A stretch of 64,000 bases of DNA from an uncultured Actinomycetes bacterium (GTDB lineage: Bacteria > Actinomycetota > Thermoleophilia > UBA2241), in assembly GCA_963725665.1 (NCBI GenBank), contig CAVRZA010000006.1, positions 64,001-128,000 of the forward strand, in the 5' to 3' direction. Positions within the stretch are counted from its first letter, which is position 1, and each line of letters begins with the position of its first letter. The position numbers were made by a program, and so were the translations under genes. The notes under the pieces are model-generated. The model saw only the letters and a list, made by a program, of their open reading frames with translations, made no database searches and had not been told where the DNA came from. Below, piece after piece: positions 42,199 through 50,812 of this stretch.

Positions 42199-43037
42199 TG
42201 GGCAAGGTCCTCGTCATCGATCTGGACATCTGCAACGGCTGCTACAACTGCCAGGTGGCCTGCAAGGACGAGCACGTGGGCAACGACTGGTCGCCCATCG
42301 CCAAGCCGCAGCCCGACACGGGCCAGTTCTGGACCAAGGTGCACGACAAGGTGCGCGGCCAGGTGCCCAAGGTCAAGGTCACCTACATGCACAGCATCTG
42401 CCAGCACTGTGACGACGCGCCCTGCATCCCGGCGTGTAACGTGAACGCCATCTACAGGCGCGACGACGGGGCCGTGATCATCGACCCCGACAAGTGTCGC
42501 GGCAACCAGCTCTGCATCTCGGCGTGCCCGTATGAGGACGTGATCTACTTCAACGACTCGCTGAACATCGCCCAGAAGTGCACCTTCTGCGCGCACCTGC
42601 TGGACGACGGCTGGAGCGAGCCGCGCTGCGTCGATGCCTGCCCGACCGGGGCCTTCACCTTCGGCGAGGAAGAAGACCTGGCCGAGCTGATCGCGAAGGC
42701 CGAGCCGCTCAAGCCGGGGCTCGACGTGAAGCCGCGCGTCTACTACATCGGTCTGCCCAAGCGCTTCATCGCCGGCGCCGTGTTCGACTCGGAAGCCGAC
42801 GAGTGCACGGAGGGCGCCACTGTGACGCTGACGGATGCCGCCACCGGCAAGTCGCTCACTGCGACGACCGACGGCTACGGAGACTTCTGGTTCCACCAGG
42901 TGGAGCCGGCCGTCTACACGGTCCTCGTGGAGAAGAACGGCTACCTCGCCGAGAAGCTGGGGCCGGTCGACGCCACTCAGATCGACGTCAACGTCGGCGA
43001 CATGGCCGTCTGGAAGGCGGCCGCGGCCGGCGCCTGA
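42198..43037 (+). CDS. BthL-like Fe-S beta subunit
   Basis: CNGCYNCQVAC, CQHCDDAPCIPAC, CRGNQLCISAC, CTFC..RCVDAC, KPRVYY, TDGYGDFWF; TGATG coupling. Confidence 0.92.
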   Translation: MGKVLVIDLDICNGCYNCQVACKDEHVGNDWSPIAKPQPDTGQFWTKVHDKVRGQVPKVKVTYMHSICQHCDDAPCIPACNVNAIYRRDDGAVIIDPDKCRGNQLCISACPYEDVIYFNDSLNIAQKCTFCAHLLDDGWSEPRCVDACPTGAFTFGEEEDLAELIAKAEPLKPGLDVKPRVYYIGLPKRFIAGAVFDSEADECTEGATVTLTDAATGKSLTATTDGYGDFWFHQVEPAVYTVLVEKNGYLAEKLGPVDATQIDVNVGDMAVWKAAAAGA

Positions 43038-43065
43038 ACGGCGTAGCAGAGAAGCGAAGCGGCAA

Positions 43066-43099
43066 GAGAAGGGCCGGCCCGAACGGGCCGGCCCTTCTC
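43066..43099 (+). terminator. Hairpin terminator after the beta subunit
   Basis: GAGAAGGGCCGGCCC-gaac-GGGCCGGCCCTTCTC. Confidence 0.75.
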
Positions 43100-43237
43100 A
43101 AGTCGACCACGGCACTCAACGGGGAACGGGATGGAAGCTGGCTACGATGCGCGTGAAGTCGTCACGGCGCTGGCCGAGCACGAAGAGGCGCTGAGCGCCC
43201 TCTACTCGGCCTACGCGACGCAGTAAGTGACGAGCGC

Positions 43238-44479
43238 GTGAACGCACGTTCCGGATCACCTCTGCCGGAGGCCGGCGCGGCGCCGGCCGAGGGCCGGCGC
43301 CGCGCCGGCCTCGGCATGAGCGGCGGTCTCGTCGTCCTCTTCGCGGTCGCTACGGGGCTCTCGGTCGCCAACAACTACCTCGCGCAACCCCTGCTCGACA
43401 CGATCAGGCGTGACTTCGGTGTGTCGAGCGACGTCGCCGGGCTTATCGTCACTGCTGCCCAGGTGGGCTACGCCGCCGGCCTCGTGCTCCTCCTGCCGTT
43501 GGGCGACCTCTTCGAGCGGCGGCGCCTTGTGACGGGGCTCTCGGTGTGCACGGCAGGGTTTCTCACCGTCGCCGGCGCCGCCCCGTCGATCGGCATCCTG
43601 CTGCCGGCGGTGGCGCTCGTGGGGGTGACGTCGACAACGGCGCAGATACTCGTGCCGTTCGCCGCCAGCCTGGCGGCCGACGACGAGCGCGGGCGGGTGG
43701 TCGGCACGGTGATGAGCGGCCTCCTCCTCGGGATCCTCCTCGCGCGCACGGCGTCGGGGCTCGTGGCCGAGCTCGCCGGCTGGCGCGCGCCGTACTTCAT
43801 CGCTGCCGGGCTCATGCTGCTCCTGGCCGGCCTGCTGCGTTGGCGACTGCCGCGCTACCGGGAAGACGTACGGCTGAGCTACCCGCGACTCCTCGCCTCG
43901 ACCCTCGGCATGGCGCGCGACCAGCCCGTGCTGCGCCTGCGCACGCTCTACGGCGCCTTGGCGTTCGCCACCTTCAGCGTCGTGTGGACAAGCCTCGCTT
44001 TCCTGCTGGCCGGGCCGCGCTATGGGTACGGCGAAGGGACCATCGGCCTGTTCGGCCTCATGGGCGCGGCCGGGGCGGTGATGGCCATCGCCGCCGGGCG
44101 TCTGGCCGATCGAGGCTGGTCGCGCGCGGTCACCGGCGCGACCAGCCTCATCATGGTCTTCTCCTACCTTCTCATCTGGCTGGGTGGCGCCGGCAGGTTG
44201 TGGCCGCTCATCGCGGGTATCGTGCTCGTCGAGGTCGGCTCCAACGGCCTGCACATCACCAACCAGAGCGAGATCTATCGCCTCGATCCCGAGGCGCGCA
44301 GCCGCATCAACGCCGTCTACATGACCGGCTGCTTCACCGGCGCCGCCGTCGGCTCCTCGTCCTCGGCATTCGTCTTCGCGCGCTGGGGCTGGTCGGGACT
44401 CTCGCTGCTCGGAGCCGCTTTCGCGCTAGCCGCGACGATCCTCTGGGTGGGAAGTGACAGACTTCCACGTAGGGCCTGA
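43238..44479 (+). CDS. MFS transporter
   Basis: About 12 TM helices; VANNYLAQPLL, LGDLFERRRL, RGRVVG.VMSG, AGRLADRG, ARSRINAVY. Confidence 0.93.
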   Translation: MNARSGSPLPEAGAAPAEGRRRAGLGMSGGLVVLFAVATGLSVANNYLAQPLLDTIRRDFGVSSDVAGLIVTAAQVGYAAGLVLLLPLGDLFERRRLVTGLSVCTAGFLTVAGAAPSIGILLPAVALVGVTSTTAQILVPFAASLAADDERGRVVGTVMSGLLLGILLARTASGLVAELAGWRAPYFIAAGLMLLLAGLLRWRLPRYREDVRLSYPRLLASTLGMARDQPVLRLRTLYGALAFATFSVVWTSLAFLLAGPRYGYGEGTIGLFGLMGAAGAVMAIAAGRLADRGWSRAVTGATSLIMVFSYLLIWLGGAGRLWPLIAGIVLVEVGSNGLHITNQSEIYRLDPEARSRINAVYMTGCFTGAAVGSSSSAFVFARWGWSGLSLLGAAFALAATILWVGSDRLPRRA

Positions 44480-44535
44480 TCCCCTGCGCCGCAGCGCTCG
44501 GCGGACGTCTCCCGGCCGCTCGAGGTCGGGGCCAC

Positions 44536-45954
44536 TCACGGTCCTTCGAGCCTGAGCTCGCGCCCCTTGGCGACCAGCCTGTCGAGCTCCAGCAACGCGT
44601 CGGGGGCGGGCGCGTAGGCCCGCTCACCCGCACGCAGCTGCTCCGTCTTGGCGGCGGCGCGTCGCAACAGCGACGACGCGCCGCCGCCCACCCAGGCGTC
44701 GTGCGACTGTTGATCGATCAGCTCGGGCAGGAAGAAGTCTCTGTAGTGCACGCGCGAGTACTTGCGCGAAAGGTGCGTGCCGCCAGGACCGACCGCGGCT
44801 ATCTCCGCGACTGCCAGTGACTCCTCGTCGATGGTCACGCCGCGCAGGTAGGCTTTCACCCAGCGCACCAGTTCGTCCATGAGGACGACCGACTCATACG
44901 ACGAAGCGGTCCCCGAGGCGACGTAGCCGAGGTCGTGGAGCAGGGTGACGCCGGCGAGGGCGGCGGTGAGCAGCGTCATCCCCGACTCGAAGGCCCATTG
45001 CTCGTCGAGCATCTCCGCATCCGAGCAGCCGCCGTAGCCGAACGTGGGCAGACCGTAGTGGGCCGCCAGGTCGGCGGAGGCCTGCTGCGCCGCCATCGAC
45101 TCGGGCGCCGCGTACACGACCACGGCAGTGCGCAGGTTCATGGCGCCCTGGCTGACGCCGTACACGTACGGGGCGCCCGGCCGGGCCACCTGGCTGATGA
45201 CGAGGCCGCTGAGCATCTCGGCGTTGGTGACGACGAGGAAGGCCGCCGGTGACGCCGGCGCGTTCGCGCCCTGCAGCAGCGCCGTGGCGTACACCATGGG
45301 CACGTCGAGCTCTGCGCAGCGAACCAAGCGGTCGGCCGACCCGTGGCCGTGCACCAGCGGCGGCGTCGGCATGGCGTAGACGGCCCAGCTGTCCTCGGCG
45401 CCACAGACCGCCGCCATCTCCTTGAAAAGCTCGAGATCGTCGGCGTGCTCGGGGACCATGATGAGGGGCTTGGACGTGCCGCGCAGCATGGCGGCGAACT
45501 GCGCGATCGGCGCATAGCGAGGATCGAGCTCGTGCGGATGCGCCATCGACATCACGAAATCGATGTTGGGCAGCATCTCCTGCAGGGCCGCCATCTCCTC
45601 GACGTCGGCCAGCGTGGCAGGTCGTCTATCGCGGTCGTCCGGACCCAGCACGTGCAGGCAGTCGGAGCCGGTGCCGTAGTACGTGACGCCGGCGTGCAGG
45701 TCGAGGGGCTGCGCGGTCGAGCGTGACGTCAGCGCGACGCGTCGAGGAGCGGTCGCGAGGGCCAGATCGACGAGGCCGGACGGGATGCGCACGCGCGTGC
45801 CCTCCACCCGCGCGCCGGCCGCCGCCAGCAGCTCGAGGGTACGCTCGTGCTGCACCTCGACACCCGTCCCTGCGAGGATCTCGAGCGTCGCGGCGTGCAC
45901 CGCCTGGCAGGCGTCGTCGTCGAGCGCACGAGCGCGAACGGGACGGTGCGTCAC
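44536..45954 (-). CDS. Trimethylamine methyltransferase (MttB) superfamily protein, non-pyrrolysine; true start probably ATG 46007 with an indel
   Basis: VHAATLEIL..TGV, NAEMLSGLV.SQ..RPGAP, YAAPE, YGLP.FGYGGCSD, LLHDLGY..SG..S.E, I.AVGPGG.HL. Confidence 0.88.
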   Translation of the reverse strand: MTHRPVRARALDDDACQAVHAATLEILAGTGVEVQHERTLELLAAAGARVEGTRVRIPSGLVDLALATAPRRVALTSRSTAQPLDLHAGVTYYGTGSDCLHVLGPDDRDRRPATLADVEEMAALQEMLPNIDFVMSMAHPHELDPRYAPIAQFAAMLRGTSKPLIMVPEHADDLELFKEMAAVCGAEDSWAVYAMPTPPLVHGHGSADRLVRCAELDVPMVYATALLQGANAPASPAAFLVVTNAEMLSGLVISQVARPGAPYVYGVSQGAMNLRTAVVVYAAPESMAAQQASADLAAHYGLPTFGYGGCSDAEMLDEQWAFESGMTLLTAALAGVTLLHDLGYVASGTASSYESVVLMDELVRWVKAYLRGVTIDEESLAVAEIAAVGPGGTHLSRKYSRVHYRDFFLPELIDQQSHDAWVGGGASSLLRRAAAKTEQLRAGERAYAPAPDALLELDRLVAKGRELRLEGP

Positions 45955-46075
45955 GGCTTGACGCGAGCACGCGAGGCGCGCATCGACGGGGCGGCACTGT
46001 GGGTCATGGCCTCTCCTTCGCGGTGAACTCGAGGGGATTCTACAGAACGGCCCCGGGACGCGTTCAGCCGCTAGG

Positions 46076-47230
46076 TCACGTCCCCGCCGCCAGCAACGCC
46101 AAGTAGCGATCGTAGGCGTAGACGCGGTTGCGCTTCTTCCCCGTGACCTCAGAGGCGACACCGAGGCGCACAAGCTCGTCCATGCCGGTCGAGGCCGCCG
46201 GGAATGAGAGGCCGGAGCGCGCGGCCGCATCGCCCAGCGTCAGCAGCGGACGCGCTTTGAAGGCATCATGGACCCTGAGTGGCGAGCCGGCTCTACGTCC
46301 CATCGCCTGGATCCGCCGGCGGTCGTCGTCGAAGAGTCGCGACAGGTCGCGAGCGGTCGCAACCGCCCCATCGGCGGTGTCAGCCACGCCTTCGAGAAAG
46401 AACGTAAGCCAAGCTTCCCAGTCGCCCTCGAGCCGCGCCAGGTCGAGCAGCCGGTAATACTCGTCGCGGTGCTGCTTGAGGAAGAGGCTGAGGTAGAGAA
46501 GCGGCTCGCGCACCAGCCCGTAGTCGCAAAGCAGCAGCGTGATCAACAGCCGGCCGACACGCCCGTTGCCGTCGAGGAAGGGGTGGATCGTTTCAAACTG
46601 CGCGTGAGCAAGGCCGGCCTTGATGAGCTTCGGAATACCGAGCGCATCGTCGTGGATGAACCGCTCCAGATCGGCGACGCCCGCCGCGACCTCAGTGTAC
46701 GGAGGTGGCACGAAGTGGGCGTTGCCGGGTCGGGTCCCACCGATCCAGTTCTGCGAGCGGCGGAACTCGCCCCGCTGCTTGTCACTGCCGCGTCCTCGCG
46801 CAAGCAGCGCACCGTGCAGCTCGCGCATCAGACGCGCGCTCATCGGAAAGCCCCCGTGAAGACGGGCGAGACCATGTTCGAGGGCCGCAACGTAGCCGCT
46901 GACCTCGACAACATCGTCAATCGGGGCACCCGGCGCCTGTTCCATCTCGAAGAGCAGCAGGTCGGAGAGCGACGACTGTGTGCCCTCGATCTGAGACGAG
47001 AGGACTGCTTCTTTGCGGACGTAGGCGTAAAGGAACACCGCAGTGTCGGGCAGCAGGACCGACGTGCTGTCGAGTCGTCCGACGGCGAGGGCTGCACGCT
47101 CGAGCAGTCGCTGGAGCGCACCAGAGAGGTCGAGCGGGGGATCAGGCGGCAACGCCGAAGGGACGAACGCCTTTACCCGCTCACCGGCGGTCGTTGTGAC
47201 CTCGTACCTTCCCGTCAGTCCGCGGCGCAC
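46076..47230 (-). CDS. Fic-domain protein (N-terminal autoinhibitory motif, C-terminal HTH)
   Basis: KEAVLSSQIEGT, FRRSQNWIGG, HPFLDGNGRVGR, TGKKRNRVY. Confidence 0.93.
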   Translation of the reverse strand: MRRGLTGRYEVTTTAGERVKAFVPSALPPDPPLDLSGALQRLLERAALAVGRLDSTSVLLPDTAVFLYAYVRKEAVLSSQIEGTQSSLSDLLLFEMEQAPGAPIDDVVEVSGYVAALEHGLARLHGGFPMSARLMRELHGALLARGRGSDKQRGEFRRSQNWIGGTRPGNAHFVPPPYTEVAAGVADLERFIHDDALGIPKLIKAGLAHAQFETIHPFLDGNGRVGRLLITLLLCDYGLVREPLLYLSLFLKQHRDEYYRLLDLARLEGDWEAWLTFFLEGVADTADGAVATARDLSRLFDDDRRRIQAMGRRAGSPLRVHDAFKARPLLTLGDAAARSGLSFPAASTGMDELVRLGVASEVTGKKRNRVYAYDRYLALLAAGT

Positions 47231-47554
47231 CTTCCCTCCATTGCTCAGCGGAGTTGAATAGTGTCGACTGCTATTAAGACTTTGCTGCGAAGTCTAAATA
47301 GCAGCCACATGAAACGCAAACGGCGACACCTATGCCCGGACACCATCCGCGGCGCACCGGCCGGCAGGTTCCAGCGCGCCTGCTTGCTCGCGTTCGCAGA
47401 AAGTACTACCGCGGGTAGTGCCTTCTGCGCACGTGAGCACGCGGGGCCCAGGATCAGCGACTCACCACGGAGCTGTCGTTCTTGGCCACTATCCTTGCAG
47501 AATCCGGTAGGTTACTGGGCAAGAACGACAGTCGACGACCCGAAGGAAGCCCTC

Positions 47555-48136
47555 ATGGAGACCATCGTCACGCTCACCATCACCCTCGACGGTGTCAGGC
47601 CGCCGATCTGGCGCCGCCTTGAGGTGCCGGCCTCGAAACACCTCGGCGAGCTGCACAGCACGCTCAATGCCGCCATGGGTTGGGCAGACTACCACCTGCA
47701 CAAGTTCGAGGTCGGCGACCGTACGTACGGCGTGCCGGACCTCGACTTCTTCCCCGCGGACGACAAGACGCTGCCCGAGGAGAACGTCGTCCTGGGCGAT
47801 CTGGTGCGCGCCGGGGTCGAAGGCTTCGAGTACCACTACGACTTCGGCGACAACTGGCGCTGCAGTATCGTCCTCGAGGGATTCGGCCTTGGCGAGCATG
47901 GCGTCTTCTACCCGCGCTGCGCCGATGGTGGGCGCGCCGCTCCTCCGGAGGACTGCGGCGGTCTCTGGGGCTTCGAGGAGTTCAGGCGGGCCATGGCCGA
48001 CCCGCGGCACCCCGAGCACGACGACCTGACCGAGTGGCATGGCGGCGACTTCGACCCCGAGGAGTTCAGCGCCGACGAGGTCACGAAGCTGCTGCGGCAG
48101 GTCGCCACGGGCGAGATGCCCGAGGAATGGCGATAG
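47555..48136 (+). CDS. Plasmid pRiA4b ORF-3 family protein
   Basis: PPIWRRLEVP..LH..AMGW..YHLH.F, YHYDFGDNW, YPRC..G.RAAPPEDCGG. Confidence 0.92.
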   Translation: METIVTLTITLDGVRPPIWRRLEVPASKHLGELHSTLNAAMGWADYHLHKFEVGDRTYGVPDLDFFPADDKTLPEENVVLGDLVRAGVEGFEYHYDFGDNWRCSIVLEGFGLGEHGVFYPRCADGGRAAPPEDCGGLWGFEEFRRAMADPRHPEHDDLTEWHGGDFDPEEFSADEVTKLLRQVATGEMPEEWR

Positions 48137-48254
48137 ATTCTGCACGTCGCGCTGCCGAGTGCCAAGCGGAGTCGAACGGCTACAGAGGGTACCATCCCGC
48201 GGTGACTCGAACAGCCAGCGATTGGCAAGGTGCCCCAAGGGAGGTGGTCGGCGG

Positions 48255-48300
48255 TGCGAGGGGCGGGCGGCCACGCTCGCGTGGCCGCCCGCCCCTCGCA
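48255..48300. terminator. 22-bp perfect inverted repeat between convergent genes
   Basis: TGCGAGGGGCGGGCGGCCACGC-tc-GCGTGGCCGCCCGCCCCTCGCA. Confidence 0.75.
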
Positions 48301-48322
48301 GACTCTTGCTGCCGGCCGAGCC

Positions 48323-48709
48323 CTACTTCCAGATGTCGCGCGCCGGCGCGAAGACCACCGCGATGCGAAAGACCTCACCGCCCTGCACGCGGAAGTCGTG
48401 CACAGCACCGGCGGGCACGTAGAGGGCGTCCCCGGCCGCGACGTCGAAATCGTCGTCGCCCACCTTCGCCTTCGCGCGTCCCGAAAGGACGTAGAAGACG
48501 TGGTCCTCCTTCTCGTGCACGTCGTCGAGGGCCGCTCCCCTCGGGCTGGATCTCGGTGATGTGGAACTCGAGCTGCGCGCCCGGGCACGACTTGGGGTTC
48601 ACGAGCGGCCAGCCGCGGGTGACCTCGTGCTTGGGCGGGTCCTGCCTGAACTCGATGTCGCTGGTCGAAGACGCCCCCGCGCGGCTGTGGTTGTCGCCTC
48701 GTCTGCCAC
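48323..48709 (-). CDS. Cupin-domain protein, frameshifted
   Basis: RBS AAAGGAG plus GTG; DVHEKEDHVFYVLSG, AGDALYVPAGAVH. Confidence 0.8.
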
Positions 48710-48742
48710 CTTACTCCTTTCGTCGACTCATCTTGAAGGCCT

Positions 48743-48781
48743 GGGACGGCGGCGGACGGCACTACCGCCCGCCGCCGTCCC
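48743..48781 (-). terminator. Hairpin between the Zn-dehydrogenase and cupin genes
   Basis: GGGACGGCGGCGGACGG-cacta-CCGCCCGCCGCCGTCCC. Confidence 0.6.
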
Positions 48782-48790
48782 TTCGCTACC

Positions 48791-49915
48791 TCACGGCTCG
48801 AGCACGACCTTCATCGCGCCGTCGCGACGCTCGACGAAGGTCGTCAACGCCTCGCCGAACTGGTCGAGCGGGAAGGTGTGCGTGTGGATGCCCTTGGTCG
48901 TTACGGCGCCGTTGGCCATGAGGGCCAGCGCCGGCGCCGCGGTGTTGGGGTTGGCGCGCACGCCGAGCACGTCGAGCTCGGCCAGCGTCATCGGTCCCCA
49001 AGGCACCGTGATCTTGTCGGTCGGCAGACCCGCCATGACGATGCGGCCGGCCTTGCGCGTGCCGGCGATGGCCCAGTCGATGGCCTGCTGCGTTCCGGCG
49101 CACTCCACGGTGCAATCCGCACCCACACCGCCGGTCAGCTCCATGACCCTGGCGACCGGGTCGTCGACCTTCTCGTAGTCGACGGGCACGGCGCCCATGT
49201 CGGCGGCGAACTGCAGACGCGCCCCGCGACCCAGCACGATCACCATGCGGGCGCCCGAGGCGCGCGAGTACTGGAACGAGAACTGCCCCACGGCGCCGGG
49301 GCCGGTCACGAGCACGGCGTCGCCCGTGGTCACTCGTCCACGCTGCACGCCGTGCAGAGCCACGCCGGCCGAGTCGAGCATGGCGCCGTCGTAGTAGGTC
49401 AACCCCTCGGGCAGCGGCGTCGCCGACTTGACCGAGGTGACGATGTACTCGGCGTAGGCGCCCTGCGAGGTGAAGCCGTAGTGGCGGTGGCCGGAGGCGT
49501 TGTCGCCGTAGTTGAGGCACACGGTGTAGTGGCCGGTGAGGCAGTTCTGGCAGATGCCGCAGCCCTTGTGCGCCTCGCCGGCCACGCGCGTACCGACGGC
49601 GTACTTGGCGGCCACCTTGGCCGAGGCCTTCAGGTCCTCCGAGATGGCGACCACCTCGCCGGCCCACTCGTGCCCGATAACGGCGGGGAAGCTGGGCGGC
49701 CACATGCCGGGGAACTTGCCGGCGACGATCTTGGGATCGGTGCCGCAGATGGCCACCGCCTTGACGCGGCAGAGGACCTCGTCGCCCCTGGGTCGTGGTG
49801 TTGGCAACTCTTCGATGGTGAAGTCGTTCGGCCCGTGCAGGACGAGCGCCTTCATCGTCGCCGGGATGTCGGCGACGGCGGCCCCGGCCTGCGCGCTTGG
49901 TGCGGTCTCACTCAT
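48791..49915 (-). CDS. Zn-dependent medium-chain dehydrogenase (polyol/IolM-like)
   Basis: ICGTD, GHEWAG, CGICQNC..C, GPGAVG, ITHTFPL-like C-terminus. Confidence 0.92.
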   Translation of the reverse strand: MSETAPSAQAGAAVADIPATMKALVLHGPNDFTIEELPTPRPRGDEVLCRVKAVAICGTDPKIVAGKFPGMWPPSFPAVIGHEWAGEVVAISEDLKASAKVAAKYAVGTRVAGEAHKGCGICQNCLTGHYTVCLNYGDNASGHRHYGFTSQGAYAEYIVTSVKSATPLPEGLTYYDGAMLDSAGVALHGVQRGRVTTGDAVLVTGPGAVGQFSFQYSRASGARMVIVLGRGARLQFAADMGAVPVDYEKVDDPVARVMELTGGVGADCTVECAGTQQAIDWAIAGTRKAGRIVMAGLPTDKITVPWGPMTLAELDVLGVRANPNTAAPALALMANGAVTTKGIHTHTFPLDQFGEALTTFVERRDGAMKVVLEP

Positions 49916-49957
49916 ACCTCAGCCCTCTCGACTCGTTGCTGACGAAACGTGACGCGC

Positions 49958-50812
49958 TCACTGACGCACTGCTCCACTGGTTGCCTGCGGACGTGACGGG
50001 TTCATCGCTGCGGTGAACGACCGCGCCTGCTTGGCGGCGGCGCGATCGCTGGGCAGCGGCAGGATCTCCGCCGAGAGCCACCCGTGGTACTCGATCTCAG
50101 ACAACGCCGAGCACACCTCCTGGTAGTCGATGTGCCCGAAGCCGGGCGCGCGGCGGTTCGAGTCGACGACGTGAAAGTACCCCAGACCCTTGCCCACGGC
50201 CCGGATCGCGCTGCCGATGGAGAGCTCCTCGATGTTCATGTGGAAGGCGTCGAGCAGGATGCAGACGTTCGGCCGACCGATCCGAGCGACCGCCGCGAGC
50301 GTCTCGTCGGCGCGGTTCAGCAGCGCCGTCTCGTAGCGGTTGATGGCCTCGATGAGAAGGCTCGTGCCCACCTCCGCGGCGTGATCGGCGCACTCCTGCA
50401 TGCTCTCAACGAAGCGCGCCAGCGCCTGCCCATGGCCGTCGGGCGCGTCCCCACCGCGGCCCCGCGCGAGACCGACGATCACCGGCGCACCGAAGGCGGC
50501 CGCGTAGACGATCAGCTCGCGGACGCGCGCCACCGCGCGCGAGCGGCCGGCTTCGTCGGGATCGGTGAGCGAGAGGCCGTCCTGCAGGAAGATGCGCCCC
50601 GAGGCGACCGCCGCGAGCTCGAGGCGCGCCGAGCGCAGCAGCGCCTCGAGCTCGCGGCGGTCGAGCTCGTCGGGGCTGCGCATGCTGATCTCGATACCCT
50701 CGAAGCCAAGCTCGCGCGAGATCGCGATGCACTCCGCGACGCGTCCGGCGTAGAGCAGGGGCCCGAATCCGGTCGGCCCCGACGACGTCGCGACGCACGC
50801 CTTCCAGCTCAT
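49958..50812 (-). CDS. Sugar-phosphate isomerase/epimerase TIM barrel (IolO / 5-keto-L-gluconate epimerase-like)
   Basis: EAINRYE, DAFHMNIEE, HVVDSNRRAPGFGH, SAEILPLP. Confidence 0.88.
   Translation of the reverse strand: MSWKACVATSSGPTGFGPLLYAGRVAECIAISRELGFEGIEISMRSPDELDRRELEALLRSARLELAAVASGRIFLQDGLSLTDPDEAGRSRAVARVRELIVYAAAFGAPVIVGLARGRGGDAPDGHGQALARFVESMQECADHAAEVGTSLLIEAINRYETALLNRADETLAAVARIGRPNVCILLDAFHMNIEELSIGSAIRAVGKGLGYFHVVDSNRRAPGFGHIDYQEVCSALSEIEYHGWLSAEILPLPSDRAAAKQARSFTAAMNPSRPQATSGAVRQ

Noticed and set aside
44536-46007. Pyrrolysine recoding in MttB
   Set aside because: No in-frame TAG and no pyl genes in the window.
46076-48300. IS element or integrative element
   Set aside because: No transposase, integrase, terminal inverted repeats or target duplication recognised.
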